A stretch of DNA of 64,000 nt. Source: Thermoplasmatales archaeon. Its GTDB lineage: Archaea > Thermoplasmatota > Thermoplasmata > Thermoplasmatales > Thermoplasmataceae. Location: NCBI GenBank assembly GCA_027310185.1, contig DAIDBH010000014.1, positions 160,001 through 224,000 on the forward strand, written 5' to 3'. Below the pieces are notes generated by a model. The model was not told the DNA's origin and searched no databases. It worked only from the letters and a program-made list of their open reading frames with translations. This document shows, piece after piece, positions 1 through 10,427 of this stretch; positions within the stretch are counted from its first letter, which is position 1; each line of letters begins with the position of its first letter. Both the position numbers and the translations under genes were made by a program.

Positions 1-394
1 CAGTTTCAGTCTGTGGCATCACGCCCTCCACAGAATCAACAACGATAATACAGCCATCTACAGCCCTCATTGCTCTTGTAACGTCCCCACCAAAATCAAC
101 ATGTCCTGGGGTATCGATCAGGTTGATCAAATAATCCTTACCATCTACCTGATGAACCATTGAAGCATTTGCTGCATTTATTGTAATTCCTCTTGCCTGT
201 TCCTGCTCATCATAATCCAGCATCAACTGCTTTCCAGCAAGATCCTCACTCATCATTCCTGCTCCAGCAATCAGATTATCACTGAGTGTTGTTTTACCAT
301 GATCTATATGTGCAGCTATATCTATATTTCTTATACTTTCTGCCTTATTAACTAATGTTGCAGCCTTTGCAATATTATCTTCTTTTCGACCCAT
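1..394 (-). CDS. fusA: Elongation factor EF-2, N-terminal part (runs off window start)
   Basis: Manual translation from ATG at 394: [10 protein letters not shown]...[16 protein letters not shown]...EQARGITI...[23 protein letters not shown] (translational GTPase G1-G3 motifs); GGTG RBS upstream. Confidence 0.97.
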   Translation of the reverse strand, partial: MGRKEDNIAKAATLVNKAESIRNIDIAAHIDHGKTTLSDNLIAGAGMMSEDLAGKQLMLDYDEQEQARGITINAANASMVHQVDGKDYLINLIDTPGHVDFGGDVTRAMRAVDGCIIVVDSVEGVMPQTET

Positions 395-423
395 AAAAAC
401 ACCTTTAAAATATTTAAAAAAAA

Positions 424-738
424 TTAATTTTTCATTTGAATTTCTATTTGGACTCCATCTGGTATTGAGATTTTCATTACCTGCTTAAGTGTCCTTTCGT
501 CTCCGTCAATATCGATCAGTCTCTTGTGAACCCTCATTTCCCATCTGTCCCAAGTTGGTGAACCTTCTCCATCCGGGCTCTTCCTGACAGGAACTGTTAA
601 CCTCTTTGTTGGTAATGGAACAGGACCGTGAATATCGACTCCTGTCCTCTGGGCTATACCTTTGATCTCTCTGCAGACTTCATCTACGATCCTGTGATCA
701 GTTCCACTCAGTGAAATCCTAGCTCTATATGATACCAT
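424..738 (-). CDS. rps10: 30S ribosomal protein S10 (uS10)
   Basis: [40 protein letters not shown]; start taken at MVSY. Confidence 0.97.
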   Translation of the reverse strand: MVSYRARISLSGTDHRIVDEVCREIKGIAQRTGVDIHGPVPLPTKRLTVPVRKSPDGEGSPTWDRWEMRVHKRLIDIDGDERTLKQVMKISIPDGVQIEIQMKN

Positions 739-748
739 ATTATTCACT

Positions 749-2023
749 TTACTTAGTTTCTACTTCCTGGCAGAGACCGGCGGCAACAGTTTGCCCCATA
801 TCCCTAATTGCAAATCTACCAAGTTGAGGGAACTCCGCAACCTTTTCAATCACGAGTGGTTTGTCTGGCACTACCTTAACAACTGCTATATCTCCTGTCT
901 TTATGAACTGCGGGTTGTTTTCCTTTGTTGTACCATCCTTAGGATTAATTGTCTTTATAAGCTCTTCAAACCTGCAAGCAACCTGAGTTGTATGCACGTG
1001 GAAGACTGGCTTGTAACCAACTGCAATAACACTTGGATGGTTTAGAACTACTATCTGTGCTGTGAATGATTTAGCTACGGTTGGTGGTGCATTAAGTGGT
1101 CCACAAACATCTCCTCTCTTTACATCGTTTTTAGCTATTCCTCTTACGTTGAACCCGACATTGTCTCCTGGTTCTGCCTGAGGTAGTGACTCATGATGCA
1201 TTTCCACGGATTTTACTTCACCCTGCTTGTTGGCTGGCATGAATATAACCTTGTCTCCTGGTTTTATAATTCCAGTTTCAACTCTTCCTACAGGAACAGT
1301 TCCTATTCCAGTTATAGAATAAACATCCTGTACTGGAAGTCTCAGAGGCTTGTTTGTTGGCTTCTCTGGAACCTTTAATGATTCGAGTGCCTCCAATAGT
1401 GTGGGTCCACTGTACCATTTCATATTTTCTGATTTTTTCGTGATGTTGTCTCCCTTATAACCGCTGATTGGGATTATTGGGAAATTCCTGTAACCAACAG
1501 ATGCCATGAACTTCTCTATCTCGCCCTTAACTTCTGTAAATCTCTTTTCACTGTAAGGTGGCTGTACAGAGTCCATCTTGTTTGCAAGTACTATGATCTG
1601 CTGTACTCCAAGAGTCTTTGCAAGGAATGCATGTTCTCTTGTCTGTGCCATTATACCTTCTCCTTCCCTTGCAGATATTACAAGCATAGCTGCATCTGCC
1701 TGGCTTGTCCCGGTAATCATGTTCTTGACAAAGTCTCTGTGCCCGGGTGCATCAATGATAGTGAAGTAGTACTTATCTGTCTCAAATTTTCTATGAGATA
1801 GATCAATCGTAACTCCCCTTTCTCTTTCCTCTTTGTACCTGTCCATTACCCAGGCAAACTCGAACGTAGCTTTTCCCTTTTCATCGGCCTGTTTCTTGTA
1901 ATCATCGATTATATGCTGTGGAATTTCACCGTGCTCGAACAGCAGTCTTCCTACTAAAGTCGACTTTCCATGATCAACATGCCCTATCGTTACCAAATTT
2001 ATGTGTGGTTTTTGTCCTGCCAT
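749..2023 (-). CDS. tuf: Elongation factor EF-1alpha
   Basis: [43 protein letters not shown]; GGTGA RBS upstream. Confidence 0.99.
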   Translation of the reverse strand: MAGQKPHINLVTIGHVDHGKSTLVGRLLFEHGEIPQHIIDDYKKQADEKGKATFEFAWVMDRYKEERERGVTIDLSHRKFETDKYYFTIIDAPGHRDFVKNMITGTSQADAAMLVISAREGEGIMAQTREHAFLAKTLGVQQIIVLANKMDSVQPPYSEKRFTEVKGEIEKFMASVGYRNFPIIPISGYKGDNITKKSENMKWYSGPTLLEALESLKVPEKPTNKPLRLPVQDVYSITGIGTVPVGRVETGIIKPGDKVIFMPANKQGEVKSVEMHHESLPQAEPGDNVGFNVRGIAKNDVKRGDVCGPLNAPPTVAKSFTAQIVVLNHPSVIAVGYKPVFHVHTTQVACRFEELIKTINPKDGTTKENNPQFIKTGDIAVVKVVPDKPLVIEKVAEFPQLGRFAIRDMGQTVAAGLCQEVETK

Positions 2024-2310
2024 TTATTCACCTTTTACTTATTTGAGTTATCCCGTTAGAGGATTTTATTTATTAAACTCTTCGTACGGTAATTTATAAT
2101 AGTTATAATAGGTTTTCCAATTGCTTTCACTTTTAGTTATCACTAAATCAGTTTCACTAATCAGGTGCTGGAATATGATAACTGTGTATGTCCTATACAT
2201 GAAGAAAGTTCTCAGGTGGCTTTTGAAAATAGTACAACCTTAATAATCGAAACATTTAATTTCACTGTTATTATTTCGTAAAGTTTAAAGTACACCTTTA
2301 GAGGGATTGA

Positions 2311-2955
2311 ATGGCCGGAGAAAGATCAAATAAGAGAACAAAGGATAAGTGGAAAGAGAAAAAGTGGTACAGGATTATGGCTCCAAGTCAGCTTGGAGGT
2401 AAGGAAATAGCAATGACAGTGGGTACTGGACCCGAGGGCATAAAGGGAAGAGTAGTTGAGATTCCCATATCAGATTTTTCTGGGAACTTTAAGAAATCAA
2501 ACGCCAAGCTTGAGTTTAAGGTTTTAGACTGTGTTGGAACAAAATGCAGTACGATTTTTGTTGGTCATTCTGTTAATGACGATTATATAAGAAGAATGGT
2601 TAGAAGAAGAAAGGAGAGAATAGATATCGTAAAGGACGTGAAAACCACCGATGGTTACGAGTTCGTTCTTAAGGTTGTTGCAGTCACAGAAAACAAGCTC
2701 ACATCAGCTAAAAGTGTTGAGCTAAGGAATGCAATTACTCAACTGGTTGCTGATAAAGTTAAGAATATGGATTACTTTGAATTTGCGAGATTTATAATAG
2801 AAGACGAATCAGTATCAGAAATACTCAATGGAGTCAAAGATATATATCCACTTAAAAAACTTGAATTTAGGAAGTCAGAGCTTACAAGCACTGGGGAGAA
2901 ATACAACTTTTCAGTTCCTGAAGATGCTCCGGCAGAGGAAGTTCCAGCTCAATAA
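2311..2955 (+). CDS. rps3ae: 30S ribosomal protein S3Ae (eS1)
   Basis: KDKWKEKKWYRIMAP...DYIRRMVRRRKERID...IYPLKKLEFRKSE. Confidence 0.95.
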   Translation: MAGERSNKRTKDKWKEKKWYRIMAPSQLGGKEIAMTVGTGPEGIKGRVVEIPISDFSGNFKKSNAKLEFKVLDCVGTKCSTIFVGHSVNDDYIRRMVRRRKERIDIVKDVKTTDGYEFVLKVVAVTENKLTSAKSVELRNAITQLVADKVKNMDYFEFARFIIEDESVSEILNGVKDIYPLKKLEFRKSELTSTGEKYNFSVPEDAPAEEVPAQ

Positions 2956-2973
2956 TCTAAAACCATTTTTAGC

Positions 2974-3062
2974 GCCGGGGTGGCTTAGTAGGTGGAGCGC
3001 CGGACTCATAAGAATTTTTCTGAGAAATCCGGAGGTCTCGGGTTCGATCCCCGATCCCGGCA
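2974..3062 (+). tRNA. tRNA-Met(CAT), elongator type, with a 16-nt intron (3011-3026) at position 37/38
   Basis: Acceptor GCCGGGG/TCCCGGC-A, anticodon arm CCGGA-CTCATA^A-TCCGG, T-loop GGTTCGATCCC; bulge-helix-bulge formed by CTCA/TGAG. Confidence 0.93.
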
Positions 3063-3196
3063 TACAGTTAAAGGTTCAATGTCTCGTTAGCATTTTTTGA
3101 ATGATTCTGTTTTTAATGTCTTGGTAAGATTTGAACTTACAAAGAATGATTGGAATCATAATTGGTGAAATAGAAAACAAATATTTATCTCAATAT

Positions 3197-3820
3197 CTAT
3201 GTCCTGGATAATCTGGAAAAATTAGATTTCAAGATCTCATCTGCTGTGTCTTTTGCATTCTGTTCATTTATTCTATTCAGGTTTTCCACTACATTCCTGA
3301 TATCTTCAACTGGTCTGTTTTGACTCATTTTCCACTTTGCATATATCGCTGAAGCTTTTATTCTAAAACCCACAATTTCTTCTATCATTTTTTGATAGTA
3401 AACTTCTTTTTCCTTTTTCTGTGCTTTCCACTCTGGATCAAATTCAGCACTGAGTTCCTTTAGTAATGTTTCTGTTTGACTTCGGCTCAATAATTCGAAT
3501 ATGCCTTGGATTTTTACAGTTGCATAATCCCAGGTTGGGACTGATGACTCTACGATATACCATCTGGGTGAGATATAATGATGAGGACCAAGAAAAAGAA
3601 TTGTCACCTTCTTATTCTGAGAGACTTTCCACTGATCGTTATTCCTGGAAAGATGACCGTAAAGAACTAATGAATCTTCCTCATGCTTGATGATGAATGG
3701 AATCTGTGAATTATAAATTTCATCATTGTATGCGGTTAGTAGTATTCCAAAACTGTTGTTCTGAATGAATTTATTGATCTTCTCTTGATCTTTCTCCTCA
3801 AATTCATCTGGTATATACAC
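3197..3820 (-). CDS. FMN-binding negative transcriptional regulator (PaiB family)
   Basis: MYIP start, LYGHLSRNN, GPHHYISPRWY, VPTWDY, KWKMSQNR. Confidence 0.9.
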   Translation of the reverse strand: MYIPDEFEEKDQEKINKFIQNNSFGILLTAYNDEIYNSQIPFIIKHEEDSLVLYGHLSRNNDQWKVSQNKKVTILFLGPHHYISPRWYIVESSVPTWDYATVKIQGIFELLSRSQTETLLKELSAEFDPEWKAQKKEKEVYYQKMIEEIVGFRIKASAIYAKWKMSQNRPVEDIRNVVENLNRINEQNAKDTADEILKSNFSRLSRT

Positions 3821-3881
3821 AGTGGAACATGATGATTTGATATATTATCTTATGAATATGACTACTACTATTTATATGGAT

Positions 3882-5054
3882 TTATGAGATATATTTGCTG
3901 AAACGTTCTCTGTAATTTTTTATAGTCCTGTAAAAGAATACTAGGAGTATTGTAGCAATAAATCCCGGGAGAGTGACGTAGATCCAGAAAAGCGTGTGAC
4001 TGGAAATAATGGGCAAAAATGCCCCTCCTAGAAGTGGACCAAAGGCACGTCCAGCTGAACAGAATGCGTTATAAATTCCAATATTGGTGCCAATTTTTTC
4101 CTTTCGCGAAATGCTTGCAACTATGGAGTAACCATTTGGGAATGAAAGATTTTCCCCCATTGTAAATATTGCCGTGGAAATTAGCATCTGTATAAGGTTT
4201 GAGTCCAGCCCGTAAGATGCAAAACCTATTGTGTATATCAGTCCTCCCATAATCAACGCCTGAAATTCTCCTATTTTTCTTGAAATCCTGTAGAAAAAAG
4301 GCTGTGTGAATGCGACCAAGAGCCCATTTAGCATGTAGACTATTCCTGTCTCATAATACTGACCGGAGAATATTCCGTCTGAATATAGTGACAGGGATAT
4401 TGTTTCCTGGGCCTGGACCATAAATATCAGGAGCGCTGAAACAGATATGACTATGAGGGCCAGGTTGCTGGTGTTGAACTTCAGATGTTTTTCCTCGATA
4501 GTTACTGGTATGTTCTTCACTCTTAGGGAGATTAAAAACGAAATCATGGCGGTTACAGTGAAAAAATAGAAGATGCCAGGAAATCCAAAGTATGATAGTA
4601 TGAATCCTCCCATAGCAGGACCGAACCCCCATCCAAGATTGTTTCCTACCCTCATTATGGAGAATCCCTTCAGCTGGACATTGCTTGACCTGGAAACAAG
4701 AGCGTTTGAAGATGGGGACTGAAAGCCGTTAAGTATCATTATAGCTCCGAAACTCAGTGAAAAGAGAATTGGCGAGCCATTGATTTCCTTGCTTACTGCA
4801 AGAATAAGACTCATTAGAAAGACCCCCGATAGGAATAGAGTGAAGACTCTTTTGTGCCCGATCCGGTCACCAATCCTTCCGCCACCATACTGGGCAAATG
4901 AGGAAATAATCCCTCCAGACATGAATACGAGGGCCGCAAAGAAGGTTGAAAGGCCAAGAAATTTGGTCATGTAAATAGAACTGTAAATCCATACAGAAGA
5001 GTATCCAAGGCCCCTTATTGCAGAGGAAACAGTCACTATTTTCACATTGTCCAT
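3882..5054 (-). CDS. MFS transporter
   Basis: About 12 hydrophobic segments; motif A GGRIGDRIGHK. Confidence 0.9.
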   Translation of the reverse strand: MDNVKIVTVSSAIRGLGYSSVWIYSSIYMTKFLGLSTFFAALVFMSGGIISSFAQYGGGRIGDRIGHKRVFTLFLSGVFLMSLILAVSKEINGSPILFSLSFGAIMILNGFQSPSSNALVSRSSNVQLKGFSIMRVGNNLGWGFGPAMGGFILSYFGFPGIFYFFTVTAMISFLISLRVKNIPVTIEEKHLKFNTSNLALIVISVSALLIFMVQAQETISLSLYSDGIFSGQYYETGIVYMLNGLLVAFTQPFFYRISRKIGEFQALIMGGLIYTIGFASYGLDSNLIQMLISTAIFTMGENLSFPNGYSIVASISRKEKIGTNIGIYNAFCSAGRAFGPLLGGAFLPIISSHTLFWIYVTLPGFIATILLVFFYRTIKNYRERFSKYIS

Positions 5055-5170
5055 TGAGGAGGAGACGTTGAAATTGTCTATTTAGAAATATTCTCTAATT
5101 TTTCAGACATTACTCCTAAAGATTAACACTTTTAAAAAAATTATAAGATATTGTAGTGGAAAATTCCGGT

Positions 5171-5608
5171 TTACTTTATTGACGAAAAGACTGAGATTGT
5201 TTCCGTTCTTTCAACTCCTGCTACAGACCTGAGTTTATCAAGAACAAAGTCACCGATTTCTTCGATGCTTTTTCCTCTCACTTTGATAATTAAATCCCAC
5301 TGTCCGGCCACAATGCTTACTTCGTAAACCTGTGGGAAATTCCCTATGATTCTTGCCATTTCCCTCTGCTGTACATTTGCCTTAGGATCAAAGGATACAA
5401 AGACATAAGCCATTGCACCCAGTCCAATCTGTGAATAATCGGGAATTGCAGTAAACCCTTTTATTACTCCCTGGGAGATCATGTTCTGCATCCTTTCATA
5501 AATGGTAATTCTTGGAATATCCAGATTTCTTGAAATGTCTGCAATTTTGTCCCTCCCCTTTTCTATCAGGTATTCCAGTATTATCCTATCCTTGTCATCC
5601 ATTAGCAC
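5171..5608 (-). CDS. Lrp/AsnC family transcriptional regulator
   Basis: MDDKDRIIL HTH, GVIKGFTAIPD, VAGQWDLIIKV, GVERTET. Confidence 0.93.
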   Translation of the reverse strand: MLMDDKDRIILEYLIEKGRDKIADISRNLDIPRITIYERMQNMISQGVIKGFTAIPDYSQIGLGAMAYVFVSFDPKANVQQREMARIIGNFPQVYEVSIVAGQWDLIIKVRGKSIEEIGDFVLDKLRSVAGVERTETISVFSSIK

Positions 5609-5732
5609 TGTATAGTTTTTTACTATTTAAGATTTTAAAACGTCTGATAAAATTTGTAATTAATTTCAAATGACTACAAAATGTCTAAAATATGCAACGA
5701 AATGTTATATTAAGATACATAATTACCATATC

Positions 5733-6665
5733 ATGCAGGAAATTGTAACTACTGAACTGAGAGAACATCTCAGGGGAGAGAAGTTAAAGATAGCCCTTGA
5801 AGTGAACACGGTAATTAGGAGAAAAATGTCAGATATTCTGGTTGACCATGGATTCCTTGAGATTCCACCAGTAATATTCTCATCTGTAACAGACCCACTG
5901 AACCATCCGGTTTATGATCCAACATTCGAATATGAGGGATCAAGATATTCACTTACAAAAAGCATGATCTTCCATAAGCAGATGATTGTGCAGGAAATAC
6001 CTAAAATATATACATTTTCACCAAATGTGAGACTTGAGACCGCAGATAAGGCGAAGAGCGGCAGACACCTGCTTGAGTTCACCCAGCTTGATCTGGAAAT
6101 GCTTAACGCATCAAGGGAGGATGCAATGAAGCTTGGGGAAGAGCTCATAAAAGGTGCCATAGAGGAAGTAGTGAAGAAGCTTCCTGATGAATTGAAAGCT
6201 CTGAACAGAAAACTGAGAATTCCAGAGACTCCGTTTAAGACGTACAGGTATACCGAAGCAAAGGAGAAATATGGTGATGACTTTGAACAGAAATTGTCAG
6301 AGAAAGAAAGTGACCCATTCTGGATAATAGATATTCCACTGAAGGAAAGAGAGTTCTATGACAGGGAGAAGGATGATGAAAAGGGAATTCTCAGGGACAT
6401 GGACCTGATGTATCCGGAGGGATTCAATGAGGCTATTTCAGGTGGAGAAAGGGAATATGAGATCGAGAGGATAAAGGAAAGAATACTGGCCAAGGGACAG
6501 ACCTTTGAGCAATTCAAGTGGTTCCTTGATTATGCTGAGGAGGGTCTGCAGCTTTCATCAGGGTTCGGGATAGGAATTGAGAGACTGGTAAGGTATATAT
6601 GTGGATTCAAGCGTATTGAGGATGTGCATCCATTTCCAAAAACACCGGGTAAATTTTCTATCTGA
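5733..6665 (+). CDS. asnA: Archaeal asparagine synthetase A (AspRS/AsnRS catalytic-domain paralog)
   Basis: TDPL, LTKSMIFHKQ, SPNVRLE, GRHLLEFTQLDLE, ISGGEREYE, GFGIGIERLVRYICG; no anticodon-binding domain; start at MQEIV. Confidence 0.9.
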   Translation: MQEIVTTELREHLRGEKLKIALEVNTVIRRKMSDILVDHGFLEIPPVIFSSVTDPLNHPVYDPTFEYEGSRYSLTKSMIFHKQMIVQEIPKIYTFSPNVRLETADKAKSGRHLLEFTQLDLEMLNASREDAMKLGEELIKGAIEEVVKKLPDELKALNRKLRIPETPFKTYRYTEAKEKYGDDFEQKLSEKESDPFWIIDIPLKEREFYDREKDDEKGILRDMDLMYPEGFNEAISGGEREYEIERIKERILAKGQTFEQFKWFLDYAEEGLQLSSGFGIGIERLVRYICGFKRIEDVHPFPKTPGKFSI

Positions 6666-6714
6666 ATCCAATCCGCCACAGGTTCAATTTTTCTTAATTT
6701 TTAAAAATTAGGAC

Positions 6715-8502
6715 TCAGGACTGGAGGGAGTAGGTTATTGCCCTTCCTGATTTCATTGCCTTTTCCAGGTTGATTCCAGCCTCACTATCAACCTTTATTC
6801 GTATTATTCCCTTGCTGGAAGTTCTTCCCTGTATTGCCATTACCTCGTCAATATATATGTTCACAAGGCTGTTTTTCTCGTTGCAGTGCAGATAGATTAT
6901 CCTGTTCTTCACCTCCACAGCAACGCTTCTCCTTTTCCTGTCTTCCTCGGAAACTACATCGATGGATACTCCAAGACTCTTTTCAAGCTCACTTATATTT
7001 GATCCTTTTCTTCCAAGCAATTTTGGGCGCAGGGACTCCGGGATCGTGACCCTGTACTTCCTTCTTCCTTTTGGTGACACCTCAACCTGGTCGTATCCAA
7101 GATATTCTGAAATCGTTGACCTGACCATTTCTGTTTTTGCCTCATCTATCTGTGATGTGCCTTCACTTTCATCTATGGGAACTACAACTATCTGCTCCCC
7201 GAATGAATAAATCTCATAGAGTTCCTGCCTGGTTAAGGCATCCTTTACCTGGATCACGGGCCTGGAGAGATCTTCCTGAACCATTCCGAAAGGTACCTTA
7301 ACAGTGTGTGAAATGGACAGGTATTTTGAAATCCTTCCATCCCTTACAAACAGGATCGTATCTATAACCTGTGGTATAAGTCCAAGTTCTATACGGCCGA
7401 TAAACCTGTGCAATGCATCCACTGGCTTTGTTGCATGAACTACACCGATCATTCCAACTCCAGCCATTCGAAGATCTGAGAATACCTTGAAATCTGAAGT
7501 GACCCTCATCTCATCGAAAACGGTATAATCGTTCCTCACGAGAAGCAATATATTTCCTGTCTGTTCCATAGATCCTTCAAGAGATGTATACTGTGTGATC
7601 TCCTTGTTCACCTGAAGGTCCCTTGGTTTTTCCATGGTTTTAACTATCATCCCCTGATCGTTTAGATGATCAGCCAGTGCCTGGACAAATGTACTTTTAC
7701 CTGCTCCAGGGCTACCTGCAACAAGAATGCCTGCCGACCCAGAGGTAATGTGATTCATGATTTCGTCTGGAAGTTCGTAATACGCTAGTTCTTTCTTGAT
7801 TACCGGCCTTACTGCTGTTATTTCTGCAGTGCTGGAAAATGGTGGCCTTGCAATCACGATTCTGTAAACATTCAGTTGAAGTACCGTGGCTCCAGCCATA
7901 TCCATTTCAACAAAGGAATCCTTCTCATTTCCGGCTCTCTTGATCAGGTTGTTTATAAGCGCATCCACCTCTGAACTTTTTAGGAAATGCCCGGTACGCA
8001 CTGTTTCAACCTTTCCCGGGACCCCTTTCTTTACTTTCACATATGTATCCGCCTTTATGTGAACTGAGATGGTATCACTGTCAAAAAACTCTTCCAGTTT
8101 CACGGATATCTTGTCATCAGGTTCCAGATACTGGCACTGGATGCCCTTGAGAACCGCTATGTTCTTCTGAACAATATCACCGGTAACAAGAATTCCATTG
8201 AGATCCATTGCCTCTGATCGAATTATCTCATCTATTTCTCCGTTGTGCCCATTTACTTTCTGCCACTGAGTGGGACGCTTGCCGAAAAATTCAATAATTA
8301 TCCCCTTCTTTTCACATATTTCCTTGACCTTCTTCAATTCATCAAGTGCAGCAAATCCTATGGACCTGCTCTGATTCGCCTGGTGCTCAACTTCTGCAAT
8401 AAGCGCTTCACTTATAATGATCCTGGAATCACTCTTTATCTTTGCAATGTATTTTGTAAATCTTCCATCTACTATGACAGATGTGTCTGGGATATAATCC
8501 AC
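6715..8502 (-). CDS. PIN-domain/ATPase/KH protein (PINA-type Holliday-junction branch-migration ATPase)
   Basis: N-terminal PIN (PDTSVIVDG), Walker A GSPGAGKST, DYTVFDEMR, KH motif LLGRKGSNISELEKSLG. Confidence 0.88.
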   Translation of the reverse strand: MDYIPDTSVIVDGRFTKYIAKIKSDSRIIISEALIAEVEHQANQSRSIGFAALDELKKVKEICEKKGIIIEFFGKRPTQWQKVNGHNGEIDEIIRSEAMDLNGILVTGDIVQKNIAVLKGIQCQYLEPDDKISVKLEEFFDSDTISVHIKADTYVKVKKGVPGKVETVRTGHFLKSSEVDALINNLIKRAGNEKDSFVEMDMAGATVLQLNVYRIVIARPPFSSTAEITAVRPVIKKELAYYELPDEIMNHITSGSAGILVAGSPGAGKSTFVQALADHLNDQGMIVKTMEKPRDLQVNKEITQYTSLEGSMEQTGNILLLVRNDYTVFDEMRVTSDFKVFSDLRMAGVGMIGVVHATKPVDALHRFIGRIELGLIPQVIDTILFVRDGRISKYLSISHTVKVPFGMVQEDLSRPVIQVKDALTRQELYEIYSFGEQIVVVPIDESEGTSQIDEAKTEMVRSTISEYLGYDQVEVSPKGRRKYRVTIPESLRPKLLGRKGSNISELEKSLGVSIDVVSEEDRKRRSVAVEVKNRIIYLHCNEKNSLVNIYIDEVMAIQGRTSSKGIIRIKVDSEAGINLEKAMKSGRAITYSLQS

Positions 8503-8528
8503 ATATGGTTAATCCTTAAGATTATTTA

Positions 8529-9263
8529 TTGGTTATGATATCGGATTTCATGGGGTCAGAAAATTTATCTCTTCACCTAATCACTATGCTGAAGGAACAG
8601 GAAGAATTAATAGATGACTCTGCTTTCGCTCTTTCCGGTGGAATTGACAGCTCCCTTTTGTATTCAGTTCTTGGGAAGGGCAGGCATGCTTACTGTGCTG
8701 GCACAGAAGGGTCCCTAGATTTTATCTACGCAGAGGAATTATGCAGGATATCAGGGACAACCCTTTCAAGAATAAATGTTGAAGAGGATGATGTTCTGGA
8801 GTTCACAAATATCGTGAAAAGCATTGATCCTGGGATATCATTTCTGGACCTTGGATTTGAGACTGTTCTGGCAATTGTTCTGTCAAGAATAAATGAAGAT
8901 GCACTCGTTACAGGTCAGGGTGCAGATGAAATCTTTTACGGATACAGGAAATTTTCGGATGGCAGGGAGGAAGATAATAAAAGGAGTCTTGACAAACTAT
9001 TCAGATTAACACTTCCAAGAGAGAGCAAGATTGCGGAATATTTTGGGAAGAAACTCATCACCCCTTACCTGGAAAATGGCATTCCTGAATATTTCAGCAA
9101 GATGGATCGTGGGGTTCACCTTGATGAGGTAAATAATAAATTAATACTGAGGGAAGCGGGCAGGATTTCTGGACTCCCGGATTCCATATACCTCAGAGGA
9201 AAGAAAGCGGCACAGTATGGAACAGGCATCAAGAAGGTTCAGGAAAGACTCGGATTGAAATAA
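8529..9263 (+). CDS. Stand-alone asparagine synthase C-terminal (adenine nucleotide alpha hydrolase) domain protein
   Basis: PP-loop ALSGGIDSS, TGQGADEIFYGY, NKLILRE, KKAAQYGTG; no glutaminase domain. Confidence 0.82.
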   Translation: MVMISDFMGSENLSLHLITMLKEQEELIDDSAFALSGGIDSSLLYSVLGKGRHAYCAGTEGSLDFIYAEELCRISGTTLSRINVEEDDVLEFTNIVKSIDPGISFLDLGFETVLAIVLSRINEDALVTGQGADEIFYGYRKFSDGREEDNKRSLDKLFRLTLPRESKIAEYFGKKLITPYLENGIPEYFSKMDRGVHLDEVNNKLILREAGRISGLPDSIYLRGKKAAQYGTGIKKVQERLGLK

Positions 9264-9269
9264 GGGTGA

Positions 9270-10427
9270 ATGAAGCTGTATAAGTTGAGTGGAAGGAATA
9301 GCATTATTCTGCTTCTAGGTCTCAGGGCACTGTACTCGATGAACTGGTACAATGTATCCCCGATGCTATTCAATATAACCACAACCTATGGTGTCAGTTC
9401 CTCACTTTCTGGCCTTATTCTTTCTGCATTTCTCATAGGTACAGGTCTCTTCCAGATTCCATCAGGACTTGTAGCCTCAAAAATAGGCTCAAAAAACACA
9501 GCCCTGACAGGAATGGCAATCATGTCCATAGCTGCCACAACGTCCCTTGTTTCTCCTGATTTCACAATTTTCCTGGTAACAAGATTCGTTGTAGGCCTGG
9601 GATCTGCATTCTTCTTTTCATCCGGTATAGCCGTTCTCAATGATATCGATGAAAGAAATGTAAGCAGGAATATTGCAGCATTCAACACGGCGTTTTCCAT
9701 TGGAGGAGGTTTCGGCGTGGTCGGATTTGCATACTTCCTACAGTTTACCTCCTGGCAGAACCTCCTTGCAGCTGGAGGTATTATAACACTTGTTCTCACC
9801 ATAGTCTCATTCGTACTTATCCCGGATATGAGTGCAAAGAGCGATAAAAAGAAGGAATTCGGGAGGAACGTATATCGGAGGCTCACATCGAGGCCATTAC
9901 TGCTTCTTTCAATGTCCCTTGCGGGCTACTGGGGATTGAATTTTACATTTGAAGAATACCTGCAGCCCTTCGCAGAGAAACTTGGTTTCAGTGGACCAGT
10001 CTCAGGATTCATAGGATCATTGTCCCTATTTGCAGGTATTCTTGGAATGCTGCTCTTCGCCTATTTTTCAAGCAAGAAGGCATCTGTTGTACTCCCTTCA
10101 CTTGTCATATTTATCTCAGCAATACTGGCCCTTCAATTCTTCGGGCTGTCATACTACCTGTTCCTTACGGCAATACTTGGTGGAAGCATAAGCGTAATAA
10201 TATTTTCACTTGAATATTCCTATGTCGTGAAGTTAGAAACGGAAAGGCAGTTTGTGGCCCTTGGAATATCAATTATGAATGCACTTCAAATTGCAACCGG
10301 GTCTGCCATTACATTCCTGTTCGGCTACCTGTTCTCGGTGAACGCAGATCTTTCCTGGATAATTCTTGGAATAATCGCCCTGGTCTTCCTTCCAATGGGA
10401 TTTTCTGTCATGAAGCAGAGAGGTTAA
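9270..10427 (+). CDS. MFS transporter
   Basis: Multiple TM helices; QIPSGLVASKIGSK motif A variant. Confidence 0.87.
   Translation: MKLYKLSGRNSIILLLGLRALYSMNWYNVSPMLFNITTTYGVSSSLSGLILSAFLIGTGLFQIPSGLVASKIGSKNTALTGMAIMSIAATTSLVSPDFTIFLVTRFVVGLGSAFFFSSGIAVLNDIDERNVSRNIAAFNTAFSIGGGFGVVGFAYFLQFTSWQNLLAAGGIITLVLTIVSFVLIPDMSAKSDKKKEFGRNVYRRLTSRPLLLLSMSLAGYWGLNFTFEEYLQPFAEKLGFSGPVSGFIGSLSLFAGILGMLLFAYFSSKKASVVLPSLVIFISAILALQFFGLSYYLFLTAILGGSISVIIFSLEYSYVVKLETERQFVALGISIMNALQIATGSAITFLFGYLFSVNADLSWIILGIIALVFLPMGFSVMKQRG

Noticed and set aside
2024-2310. Possible C/D-box sRNA or operator (short repeat TCACTAA(A)TCAG) between tuf and rps3ae
   Set aside because: C/D boxes are not in the correct order and the repeat is too short to support a call.
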